Positions 9,478-19,553 are shown, counted from the first letter of the stretch. The stretch: DNA of 64,000 bases from Acidimicrobiaceae bacterium (GCA_013044265.1 JABEUQ010000093.1:31235-95234); one strand, 5' to 3'. Numbers and translations: made by a program. The notes: generated by a model from the letters alone, not told the origin.

Positions 9478-10125
9478 ATGGTGAGCGCTGTGGCTAACGT
9501 CATCGAGATTTACGCCGACATCTGGTGTCCCTTCGCGCACGTCGGGCTGCGCGCGGCGCGACGTGCGCGCGAGCAACTTGGTCGTTCCGACGTGATCTTC
9601 TTGATTCGTCCCTGGCCACTCGAGTTGGTGAACGCCGGGCCCCTGGATCCTGGGGTGACCGCCCGCCACGTGCGCGAGTTGCGCGAGCAGGTCGCCCCCG
9701 ATCTTTTCACCCACTTCGACGAGAACTCCTTTCCCACTTCGACGTTGCCCGCATTGTCACTGGCCCTGGCCGCCTACGAGAAGGACTCCGCAACGGGTGA
9801 GGCCGTGAGCTGGGCGTTGCGCGACGCCCTCTTCGAGTCGGGTCGAGACATCGCGAGCGCGCACGTGTTGGAGGACATTGCACACGCCTTCGCCGTGCCC
9901 GCGAGCGCTCCGAGCGACGCCGCCGGGGTCATCCAAGAATGGCGGCGCGGACAATCACGGGGCGTCAAAGGTTCACCCCATTTCTTCTGTGGCGCGAGTG
10001 ACGCCTTTTGCCCGGCGCTCGACATCTCGCGCATCGGCACGGGCGACCTCGCCCTACGTGCCAATGCCGAACGCCTCCGGACATTTCTTGAGTTCTGCTT
10101 GAGCGACGATGAGGCGCGGGGCTGA
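9478..10125 (+). CDS. DsbA/FrnE-like thioredoxin-fold protein (single-Cys CPFA motif)
   Basis: IEIYADIWCPFA at the CxxC position, cis-Pro loop GVKGSPHF. Confidence 0.8.
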   Translation: MVSAVANVIEIYADIWCPFAHVGLRAARRAREQLGRSDVIFLIRPWPLELVNAGPLDPGVTARHVRELREQVAPDLFTHFDENSFPTSTLPALSLALAAYEKDSATGEAVSWALRDALFESGRDIASAHVLEDIAHAFAVPASAPSDAAGVIQEWRRGQSRGVKGSPHFFCGASDAFCPALDISRIGTGDLALRANAERLRTFLEFCLSDDEARG

Positions 10126-10185
10126 ACGGCGACCCGGCGACCAGGCGCAACACCCGCGCGCCCGCTCGTCATGTACGTTGAAGCT

Positions 10186-10602
10186 ATGGCCGAATCCCTG
10201 CCTCCGATCGCGGTGCTCTTGAAGGAGGCTCGCGACGCCTACGGCGCGGTCATTCGACGCGAGGTCGAGCGCAAGGGGCTGACCCCCCTGCCGCCGAACG
10301 GCGCCTTCGTGCTCGGCGCGCTGCACTACGGTTTGACGCGCCGCGACATCATGCATCAGCGCGACCAGGCCCTCGACAAGAGTCGCGCGTTGTCCCAACT
10401 CTGCGAATGCGGCTACCTGCACGACGAGCCCGATGGGTTGCACCTCACTGCTTCGGGTCGCGAGTGCGCCCTGGCGATCGCTGATGCCACTTCGGCGCTG
10501 ACGACTCATTTGAATCAGGCGCTGGGCGATGAGGGGTACTCCCATTTCATCCTGGGCCTGATGACTTTGATCGACATCAAGGAAGAGATCGAGCCGCACT
10601 AG
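10186..10602 (+). CDS. MarR-like winged-helix protein
   Basis: LPPNGAFVLGAL, LCECGYL, LHLTASGR wing; TACGTT (10174-10179) 6 nt before ATG 10186. Confidence 0.55.
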   Translation: MAESLPPIAVLLKEARDAYGAVIRREVERKGLTPLPPNGAFVLGALHYGLTRRDIMHQRDQALDKSRALSQLCECGYLHDEPDGLHLTASGRECALAIADATSALTTHLNQALGDEGYSHFILGLMTLIDIKEEIEPH

Positions 10603-10616
10603 GTCCCGACGAACCC

Positions 10617-11302
10617 TTGGCGTGGGTCGGCCTGGCCGTCGAGGACGAGGCCCATTCGGCCGTCGCCGCCGCCGGAATCGCCGACTACCTGTCAGAGATC
10701 ACGGTGCGCTGGGGTGACGACCAGTTCGGCACTGGACCGACCGGATTGGCCATTCGTAACGGCACCTGCCAAGTCATCAAGAACCTCCAGCGCTCCAAGA
10801 GATGCGGCGCGTGGCGAGAGGGAGTGACGAAATACGAATTGCAATCGGCGTGCGCCTGCGCCTGTGCCGCAGCGATGGCAGTTGGAGGGGCGGACACGCC
10901 ATCGTCACGCGTATCATGGACCCCGAACTGAGATTCGGTCTGGCCTTCTCGCTCTCGGAGAACGTGGAGCCCGAAGCCGACCGGCGCGTGGCCGCCCTCG
11001 AGAGACACCTCTGGCGTATCGCACGCGAGATCGATGACGCCGGTGTCGGGCCGGGTCCTTCTCAGGTCCCCAGCCTCGACGCCATGCCGGGGCTCAGCGA
11101 ACTCTTCGCGCGACAAGAAGATGTCTTGAACCGTCTGCTGCGCGGAGAACGCACCGCCACGATTGCTCACGACATGTTCATCAGTCCCAGCACGGTGCGC
11201 AACCATTTGTCCGACATCTTCAAGAAGATGGATGTCCACTCCCAGGGGGAACTCCTCGAACGCTTACGCGCGGACGAACTTCGAGATGTGCGTGGAGTGT
11301 GA
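10617..11302 (+). pseudogene. Disrupted GAF / PAS-LuxR regulator (5'-truncated GAF fragment out of frame with a LuxR C-terminus)
   Basis: Frame A: AWVG...YLSEITVRWGDDQFGTGPTGLAIRNG (GAF). Frame B: VRLRLCRSDGSW (PAS C-terminal strand)...MFISPSTVRNHLSDIFKKMDVHSQGELL (LuxR HTH). The LuxR part (ATG 10916) could still be expressed. Confidence 0.6.
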
Positions 11303-11477
11303 AGCCTCGTGGGCAACGACTCGCGATGGCGGGACTCCCAGTGAATTAGGACCAAAGACACGGTGGTTGTGCCACTTTCACACTGCTCATCCAGGTCACA
11401 GCGATATACAGTGACAAGGGTCCACGAATCCGCGAAGGATGAGGGGCCGGTGACGACTTTTATCAGGGGGACGTTCG

Positions 11478-13289
11478 GTGGAACCAACGAATGATCAGGA
11501 TCCCAACTATTTTCATCAGGTAGTTGATTGTCAGTGGGCGTGTCCCGCCCATACCGACGTGCCGGGATACATCCGGCTCATCGCCCAGGGTCGTTTTGAC
11601 GACGCCTACTTGCTCAATCGTGAGTCCAACGTCTTTCCGGGAATCTTGGGTCGAGTCTGTGACCGCCCGTGCGAACCGGCGTGTCGGCGTACCCGCGTCG
11701 ACGGCAACCCGGTCGCCATCTGCCGCCTGAAGCGCGTGGCCTCGGACTTGAAGGGCGATATCGCCGCCGCGCTCCCGAGCGCACCTGACGTCAAGAACGG
11801 CAAGCGCGTCGCTCTCGTGGGGGCCGGACCGGCATCCTTGAGCGTCGCCAATGACCTAGTGCCGCTGGGATACGACGTGACGATCTTCGAGAAGTACGAC
11901 AAGGCCGGTGGCCTGATGCGGGTCAATATCCCCGAATTCCGCCTACCCAGCGAAGTGCTCGACGCCGAGACCCAGGCCATCATCGACATGGGAGCCACCA
12001 TCCACTACAACTCGCCAGTCGACTCGATGCGCGAACTGCTGGCCCGAGACTTCGACGCCGTCTTCGTCGGAGTCGGCGCGCCCAAGGGCAAGGAGCTCGA
12101 ACTGCCGGGTCGTCACGATGACGCTAGCGGTCATATCTTCATCGGTATCGAATGGCTCAAATCAGTGGCCTTCGGTCACATCGAATCGATTGGCGAGCGC
12201 GTCCTCATCATCGGCGTGGGCAACACGGCAATGGACTGCTGTCGCACTTCGCGACGCATTGGCGGCGTGGACGTCAAGGTGATGGCGCGTCGGCCCCGCG
12301 AGTACTTCAAAGCCTCACCCTGGGAACTCGACGACGCCGAAGAGGAAGACATCGAGATCACCGTCAATCACTCGCCCAAGCGCTTCGTCATCGAAAACGG
12401 CAAGTTGTTGGGCATGGAGTTCGACGTCGTCGAATGGGACGAGGGCGCACGCCACTCCACCGTGCGCGAAACGGTGATCATCCCCTGTGACGACGTGATC
12501 CTGGCCATTGGACAAGAGAACGCCTTCGACTGGGTCGAGCGCGACCTCGGCATCGAATTCGGTGAGTGGGAGACCCCGGTGCTCGACGAGGTCACCCTGC
12601 AGTCGACGCTGCCGCACGTATTCTTCGGTGGCGACGCCGCATTCGGCCCCAAGAACATCATCTGGGCCGTCGCCCAAGCCCACCAGGCCGCCATCTCCAT
12701 CGACCAGTTCTTGCGCGGCGAGGACGTCAGCGTGCGTCCCCCGGTGGGTATGACGCTGGCGAGTCAGAAGATGGGCATGACCGAGTGGAGTTACCACAAC
12801 GAGTACAACCCCTCGCCTCGCCAGAAGATGCACCACGTCGAACTCACGAAGCGCTTCGCAGCGATCGATCTCGAGGTGGAGCTCGGCTTCGACGCCGAGC
12901 AGACCGCCCACGAAGTGCAACGCTGCCTCAACTGCGACGTGCAGACCGCCTTCAAGGCGAACTTGTGCATCGAGTGCGACGCCTGCATCGACATATGTCC
13001 GGTGCGCTGTCTGACCATCACTACCAACGGTGACGAAGCGGACCTGCGCACTCGGCTCAACGCCCCCTCGGTCAACCCCGATCAGGCGATCTACGTCTCG
13101 GCCCCGCTCCCCCAGACCGGACGCGTCATGGTGAAAGACGAGAATGTCTGCGTGCACTGCGGGCTCTGCGCCCAACGCTGCCCGACGGCGGCGTGGGACA
13201 TGGAGAAATTCGAACTCGACATCCCCTACGCCGGCCAGTACGACATCCTGGGCAAGTCCCGTACCGACAACATCCTCTCGAGGAGCTAG
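11478..13289 (+). CDS. GltD/FNR-like FAD-NAD(P)H oxidoreductase with extra 2x[4Fe-4S] ferredoxin domain (KorC-like)
   Basis: CQWACP and CDRPCEPAC N-terminal clusters, GAGPAS, IGVGNTAMD, C-terminal CIECDACIDICP and CVHCGLCAQRCP. Confidence 0.88.
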   Translation: MEPTNDQDPNYFHQVVDCQWACPAHTDVPGYIRLIAQGRFDDAYLLNRESNVFPGILGRVCDRPCEPACRRTRVDGNPVAICRLKRVASDLKGDIAAALPSAPDVKNGKRVALVGAGPASLSVANDLVPLGYDVTIFEKYDKAGGLMRVNIPEFRLPSEVLDAETQAIIDMGATIHYNSPVDSMRELLARDFDAVFVGVGAPKGKELELPGRHDDASGHIFIGIEWLKSVAFGHIESIGERVLIIGVGNTAMDCCRTSRRIGGVDVKVMARRPREYFKASPWELDDAEEEDIEITVNHSPKRFVIENGKLLGMEFDVVEWDEGARHSTVRETVIIPCDDVILAIGQENAFDWVERDLGIEFGEWETPVLDEVTLQSTLPHVFFGGDAAFGPKNIIWAVAQAHQAAISIDQFLRGEDVSVRPPVGMTLASQKMGMTEWSYHNEYNPSPRQKMHHVELTKRFAAIDLEVELGFDAEQTAHEVQRCLNCDVQTAFKANLCIECDACIDICPVRCLTITTNGDEADLRTRLNAPSVNPDQAIYVSAPLPQTGRVMVKDENVCVHCGLCAQRCPTAAWDMEKFELDIPYAGQYDILGKSRTDNILSRS

Positions 13290-13291
13290 AT

Positions 13292-15157
13292 ATGACCACC
13301 ACCCTGCCCCAACGCCACGAGAGCGAAGCGGCGAACTCCAAGGTGAACAACTTCGCCCTCAAGCTCGCCAACGTCAACGGCACCGGTTCGGCGAGCGCCA
13401 ACTCATTACTGATGCAGGCGATCTTTCGCATGGGCATTCCCGTGTCGGGCAAGAACCTCTTCCCCTCCAATATCCAGGGTCTGCCGACCTGGTACGAGAT
13501 CCGGGTCAACAAGTCGGGGTACACCGCGCGCGCCCTGGACTACGACCTCATGGTGGCCATGAACTCCCAGACCTACGCCGACGACATCGCCGAGGTCGCT
13601 TCGGGGGGATATCTGCTCTACGACTCGTCCTGGCCCCTCGACACGGAGCTGATGCGCGAGGACGTGACCTTCCTCGGCGTGCCGCTCGCCAAAATGTGCT
13701 TGGAGAACTTCTCTTCCTCGCGCGAACGCGTGTTGATGAAGAACGTCGCCTACGCCGGAGCCCTCGTGGGGCTACTCGACCTCGACCTCGACGTCATCGC
13801 GACGTTGTTGACCGAGTCCTATTCGCGCAACGAGAAACTACTCGCATCTAACCAGAAGGCGCTGCGCCTCGGCTACGACTTCGCGAAGGAGAATTTCAGC
13901 TGCCCCCTTGAGTTCCACGTCGCGCCCATGAACGAGACGGCTCATTCAATCCTCATCGACGGCAATACCGCTAGCGCCCTGGGCTGTCTGTACGCCGGAG
14001 CAACCGTGGCGGGCTGGTACCCCATCACCCCGGCCACGGCGCTGATGGACAACTTCACGGCGCTGTGCGCCAAGTATCGTCGTGAGCCCGTCGACTCGGT
14101 TGTTGCGGGTGCGCCGGATTCTATTCAGAACAACTACCTGATCCTGCAGGCCGAGGACGAGATTGCCGCCATTGGCATGGTGCTCGGCGCCTCGTGGAGC
14201 GGAGCGCGCTCCTTCACCTCCACATCGGGACCGGGCATCTCTTTAATGAGCGAATTACTCGGACTCGCCTACTACACCGAGATCCCCGCGGTCATCTTCG
14301 ACGTACAGCGCACCGGACCATCGACCGGCATGCCCACGCGTACCCAACAGGCCGATATCTTGCTGTGCGCCTACGCGAGTCACGGCGACACCAAGCACAT
14401 CTTGTTGTTCCCGGCCAACCCCCACGAGTGCTTCGAGTTCGCCGTCGCTAGTTTCGACCTCGCTGAGCACTACCAGACTCCAGTATTTGTCTTGAGTGAC
14501 CTCGACATTGGAATGAACGACTGGGTCGTGCCCGAACTCACCTGGGATGACCACTTCGTACCCGATCGTGGACGGGTCCTTGACGACAAGGACTTATCAG
14601 AGATTGCTGAGTTCTTCCGCTACGCCAACGCCGACGATGACTTCGTCGCTGCGCGTACCGTGCCAGGTTCGGCCGAAAAGGGTGCCTACTTCATCCGTGG
14701 TTCCGGTCATGACAAATTCGGTAAGTACACCGAGGCGCCCGCCGAATACCAAGAGGTGGTCGATCGCCTGAAGAAGAAGCACGCCGCCGCCGCGCACTCG
14801 GTGCCCGCGCCCATCGAAATTCGCCGCCCCGGTGCCACTGTGGGCATCATCACACTCGGCAGTTGCGACCTCGCGGTGCGCGAAGCTATTGATGAACTGA
14901 GCGCGCTCGGCATCGAAGCTGACTTCTTGCGCGTGTGCGGCTTCCCCTTCGCGCCAAGTGTGCGTGAATTCGTCGAGAGCCACGAACACTGTTTCGTCGT
15001 CGAGCAGAACCGCGACGGGCAATTGCGATCACTCATCTCGCTCGAGACCGAAGTCGACATCAACCAGATGCACCCCGTCCTGCACTACGGAGGTTTCCCC
15101 CTCTCGGCAGTTCAGGTCGTCACTGCCGTCACCGAGAAGTTGGAGATCCGCTCATGA
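13292..15157 (+). CDS. korA: 2-oxoacid:acceptor oxidoreductase alpha subunit (fused gamma+alpha)
   Basis: NVNGTGS, FPSNIQG, GWYPITPAT, QAEDEIAA, TSGPG, QRTGPSTGMPT; ATG 13292 behind AGGAG. Confidence 0.93.
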   Translation: MTTTLPQRHESEAANSKVNNFALKLANVNGTGSASANSLLMQAIFRMGIPVSGKNLFPSNIQGLPTWYEIRVNKSGYTARALDYDLMVAMNSQTYADDIAEVASGGYLLYDSSWPLDTELMREDVTFLGVPLAKMCLENFSSSRERVLMKNVAYAGALVGLLDLDLDVIATLLTESYSRNEKLLASNQKALRLGYDFAKENFSCPLEFHVAPMNETAHSILIDGNTASALGCLYAGATVAGWYPITPATALMDNFTALCAKYRREPVDSVVAGAPDSIQNNYLILQAEDEIAAIGMVLGASWSGARSFTSTSGPGISLMSELLGLAYYTEIPAVIFDVQRTGPSTGMPTRTQQADILLCAYASHGDTKHILLFPANPHECFEFAVASFDLAEHYQTPVFVLSDLDIGMNDWVVPELTWDDHFVPDRGRVLDDKDLSEIAEFFRYANADDDFVAARTVPGSAEKGAYFIRGSGHDKFGKYTEAPAEYQEVVDRLKKKHAAAAHSVPAPIEIRRPGATVGIITLGSCDLAVREAIDELSALGIEADFLRVCGFPFAPSVREFVESHEHCFVVEQNRDGQLRSLISLETEVDINQMHPVLHYGGFPLSAVQVVTAVTEKLEIRS

Positions 15158-16209
15158 GCTCACCCACCAAGCCGCTCATCCCTCTGGCGATTTTGCCCAA
15201 GAACGACCTGGGGCTGACCGTGCGCGACTACGAGGGCGCCATGTCAACGTTGTGCGCAGGCTGTGGCCATGACTCGGTCACCGCCGCCATCACCCAGATG
15301 TTCTTCGAACTCTCGATGCCGCCACGCGACATCGCCAAACTCTCGGGTATCGGCTGCTCTTCGAAGACCCCGACGTACTTCGTACGCGGCGCGCACGGCT
15401 TCAACTCCGCACACGGGCGTATGGCGACCATCGCCACCGGTGCCAACGCCGCCAATCGCGAGTTGACCTATATCGGCATCTCGGGCGACGGCGATTCGTT
15501 GTCGATTGGCATTGGGCACCTCTCGCACCTCATGCGACGCAACGTCAACATGGTCTACGTCTTGGAGAATAACGGCGTCTACGGACTCACCAAGGGCCAG
15601 TTTTCGGCCTCGGCCGACATTGGTAGTCGCTCCAAGCGTGGGGTGCCCAACGTCGTCGCGCCCATCGACCCGATCATGTTGGGTCTCTCAATGGGCGCGA
15701 CGTTCCTCGCGCGCAGCTTCTCGGGCGATAAGGAGCAATTGATCCCACTGCTCAAGGCAGCGGTCGCCCACAAGGGCATGGCCCTGATCGACGTCATCTC
15801 ACCGTGCGTGACTTTCAACGACCACGAGGGTTCGACCAAGAGTTATCGCTTCATGCGCGAGCACGAAGTCAAGGAGATCGAGACGGACTTCGTCCCCTGG
15901 CAACAAGAGATCTCAATGCCCCACGTCAAGGATGACGCACGCGAAGTCATCATGCACGACGGCTCGGCGGTGCGCTTTCGCTCGGTACCTGATGGATACG
16001 ACCCCCACGACCGTCAGAAGGTCGAGGAGTACATCCGAGAACGCCACGACCGCGGCGAGATCGCTACGGGACTGCTCTACGTGAACGAGAACTCTTCGGA
16101 CGTGCACGAGATGAACAACACCCCCGAGATCGCGCTCTCCAAGGTGCCTTTCTCCAAGCTCTGTCCGGGTTCCTCCGCTCTGGCCAAACTCCAAGAGGAC
16201 TTCCGCTAA
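15154..16209 (+). CDS. korB: 2-oxoacid:ferredoxin oxidoreductase beta subunit
   Basis: CAGCGH, SGIGCS, HGR, TPP motif GDGDS...NNGVYGLTKGQ, SPCVTFN; 4-bp overlap with alpha. Confidence 0.94.
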   Translation: MSSPTKPLIPLAILPKNDLGLTVRDYEGAMSTLCAGCGHDSVTAAITQMFFELSMPPRDIAKLSGIGCSSKTPTYFVRGAHGFNSAHGRMATIATGANAANRELTYIGISGDGDSLSIGIGHLSHLMRRNVNMVYVLENNGVYGLTKGQFSASADIGSRSKRGVPNVVAPIDPIMLGLSMGATFLARSFSGDKEQLIPLLKAAVAHKGMALIDVISPCVTFNDHEGSTKSYRFMREHEVKEIETDFVPWQQEISMPHVKDDAREVIMHDGSAVRFRSVPDGYDPHDRQKVEEYIRERHDRGEIATGLLYVNENSSDVHEMNNTPEIALSKVPFSKLCPGSSALAKLQEDFR

Positions 16210-16225
16210 CCACCAATCGCTGCGG

Positions 16226-16252
16226 GACCGGTGACTTCGCGGTGCACCGGTC
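16226..16252 (+). terminator. GC-rich hairpin after korB
   Basis: GACCGGTG-N11-CACCGGTC, 17 nt after the stop; no U-tract. Confidence 0.4.
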
Positions 16253-16267
16253 GGCCATAATGAAGTA

Positions 16268-17143
16268 GTGAGTCGTCCGCGCCAATACTTCGCTAGTGCC
16301 GTGGTTGCGGTGTTGGCGTCGCTCCTCGTTCCCTCCACTGGCGCCATTGCGGCCAGCGCACACGCGGCCAGCGCACCCTGCGGGGCATCAACAACCCACG
16401 CCCCCACTCACGTGGTGTGGATCGTGTTGGAGAACGTCGGGTACTCAGTCGTGGGATCTCCGAGCGCGCCCTATCTCAATTCGCTCGCGAAGAGTTGCGG
16501 ACTCGCCACGAATGATGTGGGGGTGGCACACCCGAGTCTGCCCAACTACATCGCCCTCACCTCAGGCTCGACCCAGGGAATCGTGGACGACGACGAACCG
16601 AGTTCACATCATTTGAACGTCGCGAACATTTTCTCCCAGCTCCAGGGGGACTGGCGCGCCTACGCCGAATCAATGCCGACGCCGTGCGATCGCGTCACGA
16701 GCGGGCAGTACGCCGCGCGCCACAACCCGGCGGTCTATTACACCAACCTGCCCACGTGCGCTCGCAACGACGTGGCGCTGCGCACCCCACTGAACCTCTC
16801 GGCTGCTTTCACGATGATCACCCCCAATGTCTGCAATGACATGCACAGTTGCCCGGTGGTGACCGGAGACGCGTGGTTGAAGAAATACGTGGCGCTCATT
16901 ATCGCGAGCCCGCAGTACCGTGCCAAGAATTTGGCGCTCTTCATCACCTTCGATGAGAGCAACCAGTCCGCGTCGAACCAGATTCCCACGGTGGTGGTCG
17001 CCCCTTCGGTGCCCCGCGGCGTTCGCGTAGGAACTCGATTCACCCATTACTCGTTGCTGCGAACGACCGAGGCGCTGCTGCACCTACCCTTCCTGGGTGG
17101 TGCGCGCAGCGCCGCGTCAATGCTGAGTTCTTTTCACCTCTAG
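16268..17143 (+). CDS. Secreted phosphoesterase / acid phosphatase (PF04185-like)
   Basis: Signal peptide, HVVWIVLEN, HPSLPNYIALTSG, YAARHNP, DMH, ITFDE, FTHYSLLRT. Confidence 0.88.
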   Translation: MSRPRQYFASAVVAVLASLLVPSTGAIAASAHAASAPCGASTTHAPTHVVWIVLENVGYSVVGSPSAPYLNSLAKSCGLATNDVGVAHPSLPNYIALTSGSTQGIVDDDEPSSHHLNVANIFSQLQGDWRAYAESMPTPCDRVTSGQYAARHNPAVYYTNLPTCARNDVALRTPLNLSAAFTMITPNVCNDMHSCPVVTGDAWLKKYVALIIASPQYRAKNLALFITFDESNQSASNQIPTVVVAPSVPRGVRVGTRFTHYSLLRTTEALLHLPFLGGARSAASMLSSFHL

Positions 17144-17147
17144 CGAA

Positions 17148-18653
17148 TCAGTGCGCGACCACCGGTACGTCACCGGCCTCGTGCACGGGCGCGCCCGACT
17201 TCAGGACCACCGCGGCGGCGATCGCGCCACCCAGGAAGATCCACGCCGAGATCATGAAAGCGGTGGTGTAACTGTGCACCGCGGCCATGCCCTCGTTGAG
17301 AGGCGTGTTCGACTTGCCCACCATGAACGACGTGGCGGCGCTGGCGGCCAAGGTGTTCAACAATGCGGTACCGATCGAGCCACCGATCTGTTGTGAGGTG
17401 TTGACTAACGCCGAGGCGACGCCCGCGTCGTGGGGTGCGACGCCCAGGGTAGCGGTGTTAAAGGACGGGGCGAAGATGAAGCCCATCGCCAGACCGATCA
17501 CGATCAGTGGCAACAAGACGCCGCCGGTGTAACTGGAGTGAATAGTGACCTTCGAGAGCCAGAAGAGTCCTGCGGCGGCCATTGCCATACCCAGGGGGAT
17601 CAACGGCCGCGGTCCGACCTTGGGCAGGAGCATGATGTTCGAAACCTGTGCCGTGAATATCAATCCACCGATCATCGGTAAGAACGCCAAGCCAGTCTTC
17701 ACCGCCGAGAAGCCGAGGGTGAGCTGCATGAAGTAGGTCAAGAAGAGGAACATGCCGAACATGCCCACGCCGGCCACGAGCATGGCCAGGAGTGATCCCC
17801 CGCGGTTGCGGTCAGCGATGACGCGCAACGGTAGCAGCGGGAACTTGGTGCGGGTTTGCACGAAGAAGAAATAGGCCAGCAGGACCGCGGCGACCACGAA
17901 GGAGCCAATGGTGTAGCGGTCGTGCCACGACGTGGTCTCGACGTGGCTGAATCCGTACACCAGCGCGAAGAGGCCCAGAGTGACCGAGAGGACGCCCTGA
18001 ATGTCGAGTGGATCGTGGTCCGTGCCGCGGTCGCGCTTCAACAGGGGCATCGCACCACCGATGGCGACGGCGGCGATGATGACGTTGACCAGCAGCGTCC
18101 AACGCCACGACGCGTACGTGGTGAGCACCCCACCCAGGATCAGTCCAATCGCGCCACCCGCACCCGCGACAGCGCCGTAGATTGCGAAGGCCTTACCGCG
18201 CTCGCCCGGATCGACAAAGGTAGTTGTCAACAAGGCCAGCACCGCGGGCGCCAACAAGGCACCGAACATGCCCTGGATCGTGCGCGCGGAGACCAGCATC
18301 GTGAAGTTCTGAGCCAGTGCGCCAAAGGCCGAGGCGGTCGCGAAGCCCGCCAGCCCGATGATCAGAGCATTCTTTCTGCCGATGTAGTCCGAGATGCGAC
18401 CACCCAGTAGGAGAAGGCTACCGAAGGCCAGGGAGTACGCGGTGACGACCCACTGGCGGTCGGCGTTGGAGAAGTGCAGCGCGTGCTGCGCCGTGGGCAA
18501 AGCGATATTGACGATCGTGCCGTCCAGGATCACCATCAACTGGGCTATGGCCAAGACGCCAAGGATCCACCACCGCTGACGGTGTGCGCGATCATGGTCG
18601 GTCTCGGTCTTCGCCACGGTGGCACCCGTTTCTTCGAACTCTGTAGTCTCCAC
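17148..18653 (-). CDS. DHA2 14-TMS MFS efflux transporter
   Basis: LDGTIVNIALP, GGRISDYIGRK, WRWTLLVNV, QQIGGSIG. Confidence 0.93.
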   Translation of the reverse strand: METTEFEETGATVAKTETDHDRAHRQRWWILGVLAIAQLMVILDGTIVNIALPTAQHALHFSNADRQWVVTAYSLAFGSLLLLGGRISDYIGRKNALIIGLAGFATASAFGALAQNFTMLVSARTIQGMFGALLAPAVLALLTTTFVDPGERGKAFAIYGAVAGAGGAIGLILGGVLTTYASWRWTLLVNVIIAAVAIGGAMPLLKRDRGTDHDPLDIQGVLSVTLGLFALVYGFSHVETTSWHDRYTIGSFVVAAVLLAYFFFVQTRTKFPLLPLRVIADRNRGGSLLAMLVAGVGMFGMFLFLTYFMQLTLGFSAVKTGLAFLPMIGGLIFTAQVSNIMLLPKVGPRPLIPLGMAMAAAGLFWLSKVTIHSSYTGGVLLPLIVIGLAMGFIFAPSFNTATLGVAPHDAGVASALVNTSQQIGGSIGTALLNTLAASAATSFMVGKSNTPLNEGMAAVHSYTTAFMISAWIFLGGAIAAAVVLKSGAPVHEAGDVPVVAH

Positions 18654-18675
18654 GACTATTCTCCCTCAACACAAC

Positions 18676-18738
18676 AACCGGAGTCCATCACTCCGCTTAT
18701 ATCCACTATAGCGATATATGGAGGAAGTCATTCCACTT
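18676..18738. promoter_or_regulatory. Two tandem imperfect palindromes (GGAG-N7-YTCC), probable TetR operators
   Basis: AACCGGAG-N7-CTCCGCTT at 18676-18698 and ATATGGAG-N7-TTCCACTT at 18716-18738, 40 bp apart between the divergent MFS and TetR genes. Confidence 0.6.
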
Positions 18739-18776
18739 ACGTCGAATCCCCTGTACAGTGGATGTGGGAGCACCGC

Positions 18777-19451
18777 ATGAGCATTGAAACTGAACATCAC
18801 GATCGTCCGCTTCGCGCGGACGCCGAGCGTAATCGCACCAAGATTCTTGATGCCGCGGCGAAGGTCTTCGCCGAGCAGGGTCTTGACGCCACGCTCGATG
18901 AGGTGGCCGCCGCCGCTGGAGTCGGCGTGGCTACGGTCTATCGCCGTTTCCCCGATAAGGATGCCCTCATCGGCGCTTTGTTCGACAACGCCGTCGACGA
19001 GATCGCCAATCTGGCGAGCGTGGCGCCGAGCCGGGGCAATTCTTGGGATGCCCTGGTCTGGTTCCTCGAAGAAGCCCTGCAGCGCCAGTGCGCGAATCGC
19101 GGACTGCGCGAGGTCGTCGTGGGATCCACGTACGCCCTGGACCGCATCGAAGCGGTGAAGTGTCGCATCGCGCCGGCAATTGATCTACTCGTGGAGCGTG
19201 CTCAGAGCGATGGTTACCTGCGCACCGATGTCGTCGGTGCGGATTTCCCGATCATGGAGATGATGATCAGCTTTCTCGGAAACATGACCGCCACCGTGGC
19301 ACCCGACTTGTGGCGACGCTACCTCACGATCATTCTCGACGGCCTCATGGTGTCACGCGGCGCACCCAGTGCGCTCTACGTGGTGCCGGTGGACACGATG
19401 TTGGGTGAGGCGTTGCGTTCCGCGCACCGTCACGCTCGTCGATCCCTGTGA
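18777..19451 (+). CDS. TetR/AcrR-family regulator
   Basis: LRADAERNRTKILDAA, HTH GVGVATVYRRFPDK; start moved to ATG 18777 behind GGGAG. Confidence 0.93.
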   Translation: MSIETEHHDRPLRADAERNRTKILDAAAKVFAEQGLDATLDEVAAAAGVGVATVYRRFPDKDALIGALFDNAVDEIANLASVAPSRGNSWDALVWFLEEALQRQCANRGLREVVVGSTYALDRIEAVKCRIAPAIDLLVERAQSDGYLRTDVVGADFPIMEMMISFLGNMTATVAPDLWRRYLTIILDGLMVSRGAPSALYVVPVDTMLGEALRSAHRHARRSL

Positions 19452-19553
19452 CGCACGCGACTCGCGGCGGAGTAGCGAGAGGTTCGAGAGTTCATCGATG
19501 CTCTCTCGCCACAACTACGACTGCGAACCCGAGTAATGACCTCATCATCTTGG

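Noticed and set aside
11367-11383. TTGTGCCACTTTCACAC upstream of the kor operon as a Rex or Crp site
   Set aside because: The half-site spacing is one base short for both consensus sequences, and there are mismatches
19470-19510. GGTTCGAG resembling a tRNA T-loop
   Set aside because: No cloverleaf or D-arm; it is only a modest hairpin between convergent genes
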